Positions 9,536 through 19,499 of a stretch of 64,000 nt of DNA are shown here, in pieces. The stretch is from Clostridiaceae bacterium (lineage in GTDB: Bacteria; Bacillota; Clostridia; Oscillospirales; QAMX01), in assembly GCA_018384365.1 (NCBI GenBank), contig JAHAYX010000032.1, positions 2,826 through 66,825 of the forward strand, read 5' to 3'. Made by a program: the position numbers and the translations under genes. The notes below the pieces were generated by a model. It was not told where the DNA came from, searched no databases, and saw only the letters and a list, made by a program, of their open reading frames with translations. Within the stretch, counting starts at the first letter, position 1. Each line of letters begins with the position of its first letter.

Positions 9536-9592
9536 ATCCGATTCCTCCGGGTTAAAACGATTTTCAAAATCCAATGGCTGTTCGACAACCCG

Positions 9593-10217
9593 TCAATCCA
9601 AATTCGCTGTTCGCTGATAGAGTCTGAAAAACTGCTGGATGTGCTTACTCACAAGCGCCATAACCTCCGTCTCCCGTTCCGGCTCCCGGTCGCATAGGTC
9701 AATCCATACGGAAATGGGAAGACAGAATTGGGCCGCGATGATTTCCGGGTCATCTTCAGCCAGCACTCCCTGCCGGCTTAACTGCTTCATGAGTCCGGTA
9801 AAATACCCCAGCACATCGGAATAATTCTGCCTGGTCTGGAGCATTGCCAGCTCTGCATTCTGGAACTGTTCGATGACCAGCATTTTCCGCGCCCTGCTGA
9901 TCGCGGGATCGTGGAAGATATAGCGGATCTGTCCCTGGATCATTTGAACAGCAGCATCGGAAGTCTGCGGAAGGCTGTCGGCATTTTTCTCCCAATCCGT
10001 CCTTGCAAAAAGAGAATGTTCCTCATACTGCTTCAGTACTTCCTGTACCAATGCATCCAAAAGGGCCTGCTTGCTTTCAAAATGACTGTAAAGAGATGCT
10101 TTCCGAATGCCGACTGCGCTCGCAATTTGAGAAATAGAGGTCGACTCAAACCCCTGAACAGAAAAACAGCTCCAGCGCCGCCTCCAGAATTTCCTGCTTT
10201 GTGTTTCCTCGATCCAT
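9593..10217 (-). pseudogene. TetR-family regulator interrupted by a +1 frameshift in a homopolymer
   Basis: ATG 10217 (GGTGGAGGAG upstream) encodes MDRGNTKQEILEAALELF, then stops after a T5 run (plus-strand A5, 10162-10166). Removing one T joins it to ...SVQGFESTSISQIASAVGIRKASLYSHFESKQ, the TetR HTH, in the 9593..10243 ORF. Confidence 0.7.
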
Positions 10218-10282
10218 ACAGAATTCTCCTCCACCACGACCAAAACATTCTGTTTGCAGTGCGTACAATATTCGATATCATC

Positions 10283-10311
10283 ATGATAACTACCTATCGT
10301 TCGGTAGTCAA
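10283..10311 (-). promoter_or_regulatory. TetR promoter with embedded palindromic operator
   Basis: Minus strand: TTGACT (10311-10306), 17-nt spacer, TATCAT (10288-10283). The spacer contains the inverted repeat ACTACC-n8-GGTAGT (10289-10308). Confidence 0.55.
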
Positions 10312-10687
10312 CAAAAATCCGTTTTTTTGTGTTAGCTTGGGCCGTCCCGGCTTAAGCCTTCTCTTGCACAAGCCTGCGAGTATCACTTTGTCATCTGTTC
10401 TCTGACAGGAGAAAGGTTGCCTTGCTCCAAGTGTAAAGAAAAGAAGCTGAAGCCAGGACGAAGTTCCACCAAGCTGAGCAGGTTTCGGAGGATGTGAATA
10501 CAAAATTGCGGGAGCGTCTGTATGAAGCGATTGGGCGTGTTATTGCAGCCGAGAATATGCGGATTGAGACCAAGCGGTTATTTGCCGTACGCAAGCCCCT
10601 GGAGACGAACTGCACGGTTCCGTTATCCGCAGGTTTTGCGGAACAGATGCCGTGCCCGCGGAACGTTCAGTCTGCGCCCGGGAATAC

Positions 10688-10722
10688 GAAAAAATCCCGG
10701 CCGGAGGGCATCCGGTCGGGAT
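10688..10722 (-). terminator. Rho-independent terminator after the Zn-ribbon gene
   Basis: 12-bp stem ATCCCGGCCGGA/TCCGGTCGGGAT, followed on the minus strand by TTTTT. Confidence 0.7.
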
Positions 10723-10735
10723 CAAACATCTGCAT

Positions 10736-10948
10736 TCAGTTTCCCATGAGAAAATCGAGAATATTCCAGCCGTCAGAGGAAACGCCTTTGTAAAGCTCTG
10801 TATAGCCGCATCTTGTGCAGGTGACCGTGTAGAATTTTTTGTTCTGAATATCGAAAATTTTTGCAAAATTCCCGCCGGTCGCCTGAAATTGATCAGACTC
10901 ATAGTGCTGGTTGCCGCACTTCGGACATACATATTGTCTTTGCTCCAT
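10736..10948 (-). CDS. Small zinc-ribbon protein
   Basis: 70-aa ORF with two CxxC pairs (CPKC ... CTRC). It has its own terminator. Confidence 0.75.
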   Translation of the reverse strand: MEQRQYVCPKCGNQHYESDQFQATGGNFAKIFDIQNKKFYTVTCTRCGYTELYKGVSSDGWNILDFLMGN

Positions 10949-10971
10949 GCCATGGACTCCTTTTCGGGAAA

Positions 10972-12306
10972 TTACTCTTTTTCTTCGTCTTCCGGCAGCG
11001 GATTCACCGTTACCTTGATCTCAAGAACCTGCTTGTGGTCGGTTTTCAGAACTTCGATGGAGAGGTTTTCATAGTCAAAGGTTTCGCCCGGCTCCGGAAT
11101 GTGGCCGAATTCTTCCGTTACCCAGCCGCCGACGGAAACGGAATCCGAATCCTCGTCCGGCTCAAAGCCAAACTTGGAAAGCATGTCGTCGAGATCCATA
11201 TCGCACAGCACGCGATAGGTGTTTTCACCGGTCTGGATAAATTCCTCCACAACTTCGTCACTTTCGTCCCAGATCTCGCCGACAATTTCCTCTAAAATGT
11301 CCTCCATCGTGACGATGCCGGCAACACCGCCGAATTCGTCCACGACCATGGCCATGTGCGTACGTTCGCGCTGCATATCCTTCAGAAGGTCATGCGCGGG
11401 AATGGTTTCCGGCACAAACTTGGCGGGGTGCAGCAGCTCTGTCAGCGTGTGGGGGAGGTTATTCTGGATGGCCAGCAGGTATTCTCTCGTATAGAGTATG
11501 CCGGCGACGTCGTCGATGCTGTCCCGGCAGACGGGCAGGCGGGAATACCCGTTCTCGGTGATAATTTGCAGAATTTCCTCCGGCGTGTTGTCCAGCCAGA
11601 TCACCGTGGTGCGTGTGCGGTGAACCATCACATCCGCCGCCGTGACGTCGTTAAAGGCAAAAACGTTTTCAATCAGCTCTTTTTCATCCGGCTCGATGGT
11701 GCCGTTTTCCTCGCCGATGTCGAGCATCATGATGATTTCCTCTTCGGAAACCGTTTCTTCCTCCTCCTTGGGATTGACGCCGAAAAGGCGCAGGACGCCA
11801 TTGGTCGAAACCGTCATAAACCAGATGACCGGCTTCAGGATGCGGGAGAGCACCGTGATGATGCCGCATACGGCGCGTGCTACTGCGTCGGCTTTTTTCA
11901 TGGCGATGCGCTTGGGAACCAATTCGCCCAAAATCAGCGTGAAATAGGAGAGCACCAGCGTAATGACCACGACGGAAATGGTGTTGAGCGCGGATTCGGA
12001 GATCACCGTCAGACCGCAGTCGTGGATCAGCCAGCCGACCAGGCGGTCGGAGAAGTTCTCGGCCGCAAATGCCGAGCCGAGGAAGCCGGCCAGCGTAATG
12101 CCGATTTGAATGGTGGAGAGGAATCCGGTGGGCTCCGTCACCATTTTCAGCATTTTGGCCGCCCGGGTGTCACCCGACTCCATCTGTTTTTTCAGTTTGT
12201 TTTCATTGAGGGAAATTACGGCAATTTCTGTCGCTGCAAAAAATGCATTGACCAGGATCAGAATGAATTGCAGGAGCAGCTGTTGTCCAAGAGATGCCGA
12301 TGGCAT
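10972..12306 (-). CDS. CNNM/CorC-HlyC family protein (DUF21 membrane domain, CBS pair, CorC_HlyC domain)
   Basis: Hydrophobic N-terminal domain, CBS-pair region and a C-terminal transporter-associated domain. ATG 12306 is preferred (AAAGGAA upstream) over TTG 12333, which has no RBS. Confidence 0.9.
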   Translation of the reverse strand: MPSASLGQQLLLQFILILVNAFFAATEIAVISLNENKLKKQMESGDTRAAKMLKMVTEPTGFLSTIQIGITLAGFLGSAFAAENFSDRLVGWLIHDCGLTVISESALNTISVVVITLVLSYFTLILGELVPKRIAMKKADAVARAVCGIITVLSRILKPVIWFMTVSTNGVLRLFGVNPKEEEETVSEEEIIMMLDIGEENGTIEPDEKELIENVFAFNDVTAADVMVHRTRTTVIWLDNTPEEILQIITENGYSRLPVCRDSIDDVAGILYTREYLLAIQNNLPHTLTELLHPAKFVPETIPAHDLLKDMQRERTHMAMVVDEFGGVAGIVTMEDILEEIVGEIWDESDEVVEEFIQTGENTYRVLCDMDLDDMLSKFGFEPDEDSDSVSVGGWVTEEFGHIPEPGETFDYENLSIEVLKTDHKQVLEIKVTVNPLPEDEEKE

Positions 12307-12348
12307 GGTTATGTAGTTCCTTTCTGATTTCAATTTGTCCGGAAACGC

Positions 12349-12395
12349 AAAAAAGCATAGCCCACGAACCTGAAAAGCCGGTACGCGGGTTATGC
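12349..12395 (-). terminator. Strong intrinsic terminator inside the 5' leader of the CNNM gene (attenuator)
   Basis: 16-position stem GCAUAACCCGCGUACC/GGUUCGUGGGCUAUGC (2 mismatches, 9-nt loop) directly followed by UUUUUU. It ends ~40 nt before the start codon. Confidence 0.65.
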
Positions 12396-12513
12396 CTGTT
12401 TATCATCCCGATTGATAACGCTTCGGTCTGCGGCGTTACTGTCGCTGCCGTCCATGGAAAAAGAAGTCTCCTTTTTTCAAAACTTGATAGAGTACTATGC
12501 TGTATTGATGCCA

Positions 12514-12542
12514 ATTATAATATGACGTTATAAAAAAGTCAA
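12514..12542 (-). promoter_or_regulatory. Consensus sigma-A promoter of the CNNM leader
   Basis: Minus strand: TTGACT (12542-12537), 17-nt spacer, TATAAT (12519-12514). This gives a leader of ~200 nt. Confidence 0.65.
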
Positions 12543-12681
12543 GTGTAAATATGGGGAAAGCATGGCGTACCCCGCCGGGTGGCATATGCGGTATGTCCCT
12601 CGCGGAAAGGCCGTGGCAGCGAAAGAACCACCGGGGAAAGAAACCGCGGCTCCTTTTCCCGGTGGAAATCAGCAGAAAATA

Positions 12682-13506
12682 TCAGGCTTCCGGTTCAAAC
12701 CACATCACACCCAGCACCGTGACGCCGAGATGAATCGCCAGCACGGGCCCCAGTTTCCGCATCATGACTTCGCCGCCCCGCTGTTCGCAGATCATACCGG
12801 CCAGGTCGCGCGCTGCACGATATTCGGAAATATACTGAACGGCGACCTCGCTTGCGTTCTGCGGCACGGCGCGGGCAAGCTGGCGCAGCTGGTCATTTGG
12901 CCCGTGGGTGATGCCGCAGGCAACGACTGCACCGTCCCGGCAGGTGAGGAGGGGACGAATATTTAAAATGGTGCTGACGGACTGCCGCACCGGGCCAAGA
13001 CGGCCGCTTCGGCGCAGCGGCGCCATGTCGCTGACGGAAAAAATGGTTTTCACGCGGTCGCGTATCCGGGTAATTTCATCCGCCGCCTCGTCCAGCGTGG
13101 CGCCGGCCGTTATCAGGCGGCGCGCTTCCCGCACAAGGAAGCCAAGCCCGATTGCCGTAGTGCGGGTATCCACGACGCGGATGCCGTCATCGCCCAGATC
13201 ATGCGCACAGGCGGTGGCATTGCTGAAGGTGCCGCTGAGGCGGGAGGAAATTGTGAGGCATAACACCTCGAAGCCGGCCTTTCGCAGCGTCCGAAACGTA
13301 TGAAGATAGCGCCCGACGGCGGGCTGTGAAGTGTGGGGATCCGGCTCCGCTTCGAGAAGCGGCACGAAGTCGCCGTTTGCTCCAATGAAACGCTCGGTGT
13401 ATGTTTTGCCGCAGAGCGTGTAGGTCATCGGCACATAAATGGCACCCAGATCATGCGCGCCCTGCCGGGTCATGCAGGCACTGGAGTCTGTCGCGATCAC
13501 AATCAT
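12682..13506 (-). CDS. DegV-family fatty-acid-binding protein
   Basis: 274-aa ORF with a DegV-like sequence (MIVIATDSSA..., ...SGTFSNA...). Its start overlaps the accA stop. Confidence 0.9.
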   Translation of the reverse strand: MIVIATDSSACMTRQGAHDLGAIYVPMTYTLCGKTYTERFIGANGDFVPLLEAEPDPHTSQPAVGRYLHTFRTLRKAGFEVLCLTISSRLSGTFSNATACAHDLGDDGIRVVDTRTTAIGLGFLVREARRLITAGATLDEAADEITRIRDRVKTIFSVSDMAPLRRSGRLGPVRQSVSTILNIRPLLTCRDGAVVACGITHGPNDQLRQLARAVPQNASEVAVQYISEYRAARDLAGMICEQRGGEVMMRKLGPVLAIHLGVTVLGVMWFEPEA

Positions 13507-14291
13507 ACGTCCAGCCTCCCGATCTTCCGGAACTTTTCATAGCGTGCCTGCAAAAGTTCGTCCGTCGGCAGAGCCTGTTTCTTGTGGAGCGTGTCAAACA
13601 GCGCATAGCGCAGCGTGTTATAGACGGACGAAAAATCGGTATGGTCGGCGGGCTCCGGAATGATGCGCTCGATGATTTCAAGCTCCAGCAGGTCGTCCGC
13701 CGTGATTTTCAGGGAATTTGCCGCTTCTTCGGCATGGTTTGCATCCTTCCAGATGATGCTGGATGCGCCCTCCGGGGAAATGACGGAATACACGGCGTTT
13801 TCCAGCATCCACACTTCGTCGGCTACAGCAAGCGCAAGCGCGCCGCCGGAACCGCCCTCGCCGATCAGGATGGAAAGAATGGGCGTTTTGAGGGACATCA
13901 TCTCGAGAAGATTGTGCGCGATGGCGCTGCCCTGGCCGCGTTCCTCTGCGCCGATGCCGCTGTATGCGCCGGAGGTGTCTACAAAGCAGATCACGGGCCG
14001 CGCAAACTTCTCCGCCTGATGCATCAGGCGCAGCGCTTTGCGATAGCCCTCCGGATGCGCGGACCCGAAGTTGCGTGCCACGCGTTCGCGTGTGTTGCTG
14101 CCCTTTTCCAGGCCGATCACCGTGACCGGCATCCCGCCCAGACGGCCCACGCCGCCGATCACGGCATGGTCGTCGCCGTAAAGACGGTCGCCGTGCAGCT
14201 CGCAGAAATCTTCAATGATGTTTTGAATAAACGCGGAGGCTGTCGGCCTGCCTTTCGCACGGGCAAGGCTCAAATGTTCATAGGCTGTCAT
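13503..14291 (-). CDS. accA: Acetyl-CoA carboxylase carboxyltransferase alpha subunit
   Basis: AccA-like sequence (GRPTA..., GGSGGALALAVAD). Overlaps accD at its start. Confidence 0.95.
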   Translation of the reverse strand: MTAYEHLSLARAKGRPTASAFIQNIIEDFCELHGDRLYGDDHAVIGGVGRLGGMPVTVIGLEKGSNTRERVARNFGSAHPEGYRKALRLMHQAEKFARPVICFVDTSGAYSGIGAEERGQGSAIAHNLLEMMSLKTPILSILIGEGGSGGALALAVADEVWMLENAVYSVISPEGASSIIWKDANHAEEAANSLKITADDLLELEIIERIIPEPADHTDFSSVYNTLRYALFDTLHKKQALPTDELLQARYEKFRKIGRLDV

Positions 14292-15162
14292 TCCGGCCCT
14301 CCTTGTGCAGCGCGAGCAGCATGGAGATCAGGCTGCGCTGCTCGCTGCGCGGCGCGATCTTATCCACAAATCCCTTTTCCAGCAGGAATTCTGCCCGCTG
14401 AAAGCCTTCGGGAAGGGTTTGGCGCATGGTTTGTTCGATGACGCGCGGACCGGCAAAGCCGATGAGCGCGCCGGGTTCGGCCAGAATGATATCGCCGAGC
14501 ATGGCAAAAGACGCCGTAACTCCGCCGGTTGTGGGATCGGTCAGAATCGTCAGATAGAAAAGCCCGGCGTCGCTGTGGCGGCCGACGGCCGCGCTGGTTT
14601 TGGCCATCTGCATGAGGGAAAGCATCCCCTCGTGAATACGTGCGCCGCCCGACACGGTGTAGCCCACGACAGGCAGGCGCTGCTGCACGGCATATTCAAA
14701 CAGACGCGTGATTTTATCGCCGACGGCGGCGCTCATGCTGCCCATCATGAAGCGTGGCTCCATGACAAAAAGCGCTGTCTTGTTTCCGCCGATCGTGCAA
14801 TGTCCGGTGATCACCGCCTCGCGTTCGCCGGAGGATTTTCGCGCAGCTTCCAGCTTTTCCTCGTAGTGGGGAAAGGAAAGTCTGTCGCGGGCATCGGCTT
14901 CCGCATCGTGCTCCACAAAACTGCCCTCATCCGCGATAAAAGCAATTCGTTCGCGTGCGCTCAGCCGGAAATGATAACCGCAGCCGGGACAAACGGAGTG
15001 ATTTTCGTGCAGCTCGCTGACGAAAAGCGCACGTTTGCAGCCCGGACACGCCGTCATCAGGCGATCCGGGATAGAAGGCAGCAGCTCACTGCTGCTTTTC
15101 TGCGGCGTTGTCTCGCCCTCCAGGGAAAGCTTTGGTTTGATAAAGGAATTTTTGTTGAACAT
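14278..15162 (-). CDS. accD: Acetyl-CoA carboxylase carboxyltransferase beta subunit
   Basis: N-terminal Zn ribbon CPGC...CPGC followed by the carboxyltransferase domain. Confidence 0.95.
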   Translation of the reverse strand: MFNKNSFIKPKLSLEGETTPQKSSSELLPSIPDRLMTACPGCKRALFVSELHENHSVCPGCGYHFRLSARERIAFIADEGSFVEHDAEADARDRLSFPHYEEKLEAARKSSGEREAVITGHCTIGGNKTALFVMEPRFMMGSMSAAVGDKITRLFEYAVQQRLPVVGYTVSGGARIHEGMLSLMQMAKTSAAVGRHSDAGLFYLTILTDPTTGGVTASFAMLGDIILAEPGALIGFAGPRVIEQTMRQTLPEGFQRAEFLLEKGFVDKIAPRSEQRSLISMLLALHKEGRNDSL

Positions 15163-15174
15163 GAAAACGTCCTC

Positions 15175-16530
15175 TTACTTGAGCCGTGAAGCCGGCTCCA
15201 GATAGCGGTTAACAAAATCCGTGGTATAGCTCCCGTCCCGGAAAGCCGGTTCGGAAATCAGTTCAATCTGCAGTTCCCGGTTATTCTGGATCCCGTCAAT
15301 AACCGTTTCGCACAGCGCGGCATTCATCTTGCGGATAGCCTCGGCGCGGGTCTGCGCGTGGACGATCAGTTTTCCGACCATGGAATCGTAAAACGGCGGA
15401 ATCTGATAGCCCTGGTAAAGTGCTGTGTCAAAACGTACCCAGGGACCGCCGGGAATATGCAGAAGCGAAACGGTTCCACAGCTGGGGCGGAAGCCGTGAC
15501 GGGGATCCTCCGCATTGATGCGGCACTCAATGGCGTGCCCGTTCAGGTGAATGTCTTCCTGCGTGAAATCCATGGCAAGTCCCGCCGCGACGCGGATCTG
15601 CCACTTGACCAGATCCATGCCGGTGACCATTTCCGTGACGGGATGCTCCACCTGCAGGCGGGTGTTCATCTCCATGAAGTAAAATCTGCGGTCGGTATCC
15701 AGCAAAAACTCCACCGTACCGACGCCGCGGTAGGATACGGCTTTTGCCGCCGAAACGGCAGCTGCCATCATCTGCACACGCAGCCCCTCATCCACGGCGG
15801 GAGAAGGGCTTTCCTCAATCAGCTTCTGGTTTTTGCGCTGCATGGAACATTCGCGCTCGCCCAGGCAGACCACACCGCCGAAATTGTCGCACAGCAGCTG
15901 CATTTCGATATGCTTAACGGGAGAAAGAAAACGTTCCAGATAGACGGCGCCGTCGCCAAAGGCGCTGGATGCCTCACTCGTTGCGGCCAGGAAAGCCGGA
16001 ACAAGCGCATCCTCCCGCTCCACAAGGCGGATACCGCGGCCGCCGCCGCCGGAACGCGCTTTGACAAGCAGCGGGAAACCGATTTCCCTTGCCGCGGCAA
16101 GCGCCGCCTGCTCGTTTTGTACAATATCGCATCCGGGCACGACCGGAACGCCCGCCTCCCGCATGGTGCGGCGGGCCTCGTCCTTATCGCCCATCCGTTC
16201 AATGACTTCCGCCGGTGGGCCGATGAACACAATGCCGCACTCGGCGCACAGGCGTGCAAAACGGGGATTCTCGGAGAGCAGTCCGTATCCCGGATGAATG
16301 GCTTCCGCGCCGGAAAGTACGGCGGCGGAAAGAATGGCCTGCATATCCAGATAGCTCTCGCGCGCAGGCGCAGGACCGATGCAGATGCTTTCATCCGCAA
16401 AACTGACGTGTAGAGCGTCGCGGTCCGCTTCCGAATACACGGCGACTGTCGCAATGCCCATTTCCTTGCAGGCACGGATAATCCGAACGGCGATTTCGCC
16501 GCGGTTTGCAATTAAAATCTTGGAAAACAC
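15175..16530 (-). CDS. accC: Biotin carboxylase
   Basis: MFSKILIANRGEIAVRIIRACKEMGI and an ATP-grasp domain. Confidence 0.95.
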   Translation of the reverse strand: MFSKILIANRGEIAVRIIRACKEMGIATVAVYSEADRDALHVSFADESICIGPAPARESYLDMQAILSAAVLSGAEAIHPGYGLLSENPRFARLCAECGIVFIGPPAEVIERMGDKDEARRTMREAGVPVVPGCDIVQNEQAALAAAREIGFPLLVKARSGGGGRGIRLVEREDALVPAFLAATSEASSAFGDGAVYLERFLSPVKHIEMQLLCDNFGGVVCLGERECSMQRKNQKLIEESPSPAVDEGLRVQMMAAAVSAAKAVSYRGVGTVEFLLDTDRRFYFMEMNTRLQVEHPVTEMVTGMDLVKWQIRVAAGLAMDFTQEDIHLNGHAIECRINAEDPRHGFRPSCGTVSLLHIPGGPWVRFDTALYQGYQIPPFYDSMVGKLIVHAQTRAEAIRKMNAALCETVIDGIQNNRELQIELISEPAFRDGSYTTDFVNRYLEPASRLK

Positions 16531-16533
16531 GGG

Positions 16534-16953
16534 TCAGCGTCCCTCCGTAATGGCAAAAGAAAGATCTCCTTCACAGCACAGCTTGCCGCCGACCGTTGCG
16601 CGGGCGTGCGCAAAGTAAAATGGATGCTTGCTCCGCGTCAGGTTTGCGGTGACTTCGATTGTATCGCCCGGACGGACCATCTGACGGAAGCGGACATGGT
16701 CCAGGCCGGTATAGTATGCCGTTTTGCCCGCAAGCAGGTTTCCCAGCAGGATGGCGCAGGCCTGCCCCATGATCTCGCACTGGATGACGCCCGGCACAAC
16801 GGGATTGCCGGGGAAATGTCCCTGCAGGAACCACTCGTCGCCGCGGACGGTATAGCGCCCGTGAGCCGTGCCGTCCTCATCCTCGTATATTTCGTCAACC
16901 AACAGCATGGGTTCACGGTGCGGGAGCAGGTTTTTGATTTCATTTCTGTCCAT
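16534..16953 (-). CDS. fabZ: 3-hydroxyacyl-ACP dehydratase
   Basis: LPHREPMLLVD and HFPGNPVVPGV hot-dog motifs. GGAGG lies 5 nt upstream of ATG 16953. Confidence 0.95.
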   Translation of the reverse strand: MDRNEIKNLLPHREPMLLVDEIYEDEDGTAHGRYTVRGDEWFLQGHFPGNPVVPGVIQCEIMGQACAILLGNLLAGKTAYYTGLDHVRFRQMVRPGDTIEVTANLTRSKHPFYFAHARATVGGKLCCEGDLSFAITEGR

Positions 16954-17033
16954 AAAATCCTCCGATGACGGTTGAAAACGTCTGACTGGCTGCAAATGGT
17001 CAATGCCGGATGGTAAATGCGCGTGAGTTGCCC

Positions 17034-17492
17034 TCAGATGATCTTGAAAAGCGTCTGGCCGAACTCCACGACGTCGCCGTTCACGGCACAGACATCCACG
17101 ATTTCGCCGTCACATTCCGCCGTGATTTCGTTCATCAGTTTCATGGCCTCGATGATGCAGAGCGTGTCGCCCTCGTGCACTCGGCTGCCGACCGAAACAA
17201 ACGGCTCACGGTCCGGGGAGGGCGCGGCATAGAAAACGCCGACCATGGGGGAGGTGACGAGTTTGACATTGTTGAAATCCATGCCGGGATCCTCCTCCGG
17301 CACGGAAACGGCGGCTGAGTGCGCGGAAACTGCCGGAGTCGGCACTGCCGCGGAAGCTGCCGGTGCGGCAGCAGCAGGAACGGCGCGTTCCAGCCGGATG
17401 GTGCAGTCGTTTTCCTGGATTTCCAGGGAGGTCAGTCCGGTCTCCTGCATGAGATGAGCGAGGGCACGGACCGTGGAAGGCTTTGTATTCAT
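17034..17492 (-). CDS. accB: Biotin carboxyl carrier protein
   Basis: Ala/Pro-rich linker and the EAMKLMNEI biotinylation motif. GGAGG lies 8 nt upstream of ATG 17492. Confidence 0.9.
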   Translation of the reverse strand: MNTKPSTVRALAHLMQETGLTSLEIQENDCTIRLERAVPAAAAPAASAAVPTPAVSAHSAAVSVPEEDPGMDFNNVKLVTSPMVGVFYAAPSPDREPFVSVGSRVHEGDTLCIIEAMKLMNEITAECDGEIVDVCAVNGDVVEFGQTLFKII

Positions 17493-17496
17493 ACGG

Positions 17497-18735
17497 TTAA
17501 CCTCCGAAAGTGCGCAGGGCAAGACAGCCGTTGTGTCCGCCGAAGCCGAGCGATGTGGAAAGCGCGGCTGTGAAGTCTGCTTTGCGGCAGACATTCGGGA
17601 TGTAGTCAAGATCGCAGGCCGGATCCGGCTCTTCGTAATGAATGGTGGGCGGCGCGGCGTGACGCGCCAGAGTCAGCGCACAGACGATGGCTTCCACGGC
17701 GCCTGCTGCGCCCAGCATATGCCCCGTCATGCTCTTTGTGGACGAAATAGCGGCGCGGCGTGCCATTTCCTCTCCGAGTCCAAGCTTGAAGGCCAGGGTT
17801 TCGGAGCTGTCGTTCAGCGGCGTGCCGGTGCCGTGTGCATTGATGTAAAGAATGTCGTCCGCCGTAATCCCCGCTTCGCGCGCGGCCTGTTCCACGGCGC
17901 GCGCCGCACAGGCGCCGTCGGGACGGGGCGCCGTCATGTGATATGCGTCGCAGGTGTTGGCATAACCCGAGATTTCCGCGTAGATCTTTGCACCGCGGGA
18001 AACGGCATGCTCGTATTCTTCTAAAATCATCACGCCGGCGCCTTCTCCCATCACGAAACCGCCGCGGCGCGCATCAAAGGGCAGAGAGGCGGCGTTCGGA
18101 TCCTCGGAGAGGGAAAGCGCCTGGCTGTTTGTAAAGCCTGCGACGGCAAGGGGTTCAATGGTTGCCTCGGCGCCGCCTGCAAAAATGGCATCCGCATAAC
18201 CGTACGCAACGGCGCGGAAGGCCTCGCCGATGGCATGGGTGGAGGTGGCGCAGGCCGTGACAACGGGAAGGCAGGGCCCCTGCGCATTATATTGAATGGC
18301 GATGGTGCCGGCAGCCATATTGCCGATCATCATGGGAATGAAAAACGGCGAAACACGGCCGGGACCACGCTTTAAAAGCTTTTCGGTTTCTGATACAAAG
18401 GTGTGCATACCGCCGATACCGCTGCCCAGATAAACGCCAAGGCGTTCCGGCGCGACAGTGCCTTCGATACCGCTGTCGGCCGCCGCCTGGCGTGCCGCCG
18501 CAAGAGCATACTGCGTGTAAAGATCCATATGGCGGGCGGTCGGTACGTCGATGCCGAAATCCGCAGGCTTGAAACCGCGGACTTCACCGGCCAGCTTGAC
18601 CTTATAGTCGGTGGTGTCAAAACGCGTCAGCCGGTCAATGCCGCAGACGCCGTTTATCAGATTGTCCCAGAAGGTTTTGGTATCGTTTCCGACGGGGGTG
18701 ATGACACCGACGCCGGTGATGACAACACGTTTCAT
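17497..18735 (-). CDS. fabF: Beta-ketoacyl-ACP synthase II
   Basis: [16 protein letters not shown]..., and the active-site Cys in [13 protein letters not shown] lies 8 nt upstream of ATG 18735. Confidence 0.95.
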   Translation of the reverse strand: MKRVVITGVGVITPVGNDTKTFWDNLINGVCGIDRLTRFDTTDYKVKLAGEVRGFKPADFGIDVPTARHMDLYTQYALAAARQAAADSGIEGTVAPERLGVYLGSGIGGMHTFVSETEKLLKRGPGRVSPFFIPMMIGNMAAGTIAIQYNAQGPCLPVVTACATSTHAIGEAFRAVAYGYADAIFAGGAEATIEPLAVAGFTNSQALSLSEDPNAASLPFDARRGGFVMGEGAGVMILEEYEHAVSRGAKIYAEISGYANTCDAYHMTAPRPDGACAARAVEQAAREAGITADDILYINAHGTGTPLNDSSETLAFKLGLGEEMARRAAISSTKSMTGHMLGAAGAVEAIVCALTLARHAAPPTIHYEEPDPACDLDYIPNVCRKADFTAALSTSLGFGGHNGCLALRTFGG

Positions 18736-18751
18736 AGTTGATGCCTCCGTA

Positions 18752-19492
18752 TTACATGGCAAGCCCGCCGTCCACGGGGATGACGGTGCCCGTGATGTAG
18801 GACGCGGCCGCGGAGCAGAGGAATCCGGCCAACGCCGCGACCTCCTCCGGACGGCCCGGACGCCGCAGCGGAATCATGGGGATCATGGCTTCACGCGCTT
18901 TTTCCGGCATGGCGTCCGTCATGTCGGTTTCGATCATGCCGGGCGCGATGGCGTTGCAGGTGATACCGCGCGGCGCAAGCTCTTTTGCAATGCTGCGCGT
19001 CAGACCAATGAGGCCGGCCTTTGCTGCGGCATAGTTTGCCTGTCCTGCATTGCCGGACAGGCCGACGATGGATGAGATATTGACAATTCTGCCCTCGCGG
19101 CGGCGGACAAAGCCGCCGTAGCAGTGGCGGATCAGGTTAAATGCCCCTTTTAAATTGACGTCGATCACGCGGTCAAAGTCCTCCTCCTTCAGTTGGGAGG
19201 CAAGACGGTCGCGCGTGATGCCCGCATTGTTGACCAGTGCATAAATGGGGCCGAGCTCGGCCGTGACCTGCGCCACCAGTTCACCCGAGGCGGCAAAATC
19301 GGACACATCACAGGCAAAGCAGGCGGCGCGAACGCCGAGTGCCTCCACAGCCGCGCGGGTTTCCTCCGCTGCCGCCGTGTTTCCTGCGTAAACAATGGCA
19401 ATGTGCATGCCCTGACGCGCAAGCTCCAGTGCGATTGCCCGGCCGATGCCGCGCGAAGCGCCGCTGACCAGCGCTGTTTTCTGTTCAGACAT
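18752..19492 (-). CDS. fabG: 3-oxoacyl-ACP reductase
   Basis: SDR with TGASRGIGRAIA and YAAAKAG motifs. Confidence 0.95.
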   Translation of the reverse strand: MSEQKTALVSGASRGIGRAIALELARQGMHIAIVYAGNTAAAEETRAAVEALGVRAACFACDVSDFAASGELVAQVTAELGPIYALVNNAGITRDRLASQLKEEDFDRVIDVNLKGAFNLIRHCYGGFVRRREGRIVNISSIVGLSGNAGQANYAAAKAGLIGLTRSIAKELAPRGITCNAIAPGMIETDMTDAMPEKAREAMIPMIPLRRPGRPEEVAALAGFLCSAAASYITGTVIPVDGGLAM

Positions 19493-19499
19493 AGTTTTC

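Noticed and set aside
10494-10793. 99-aa plus-strand ORF
   Set aside because: The GTG start is only 2 nt from its GGAGG. The ORF runs through the Zn-ribbon gene's terminator and into that gene in antisense. At best it is a gene remnant (see finding).
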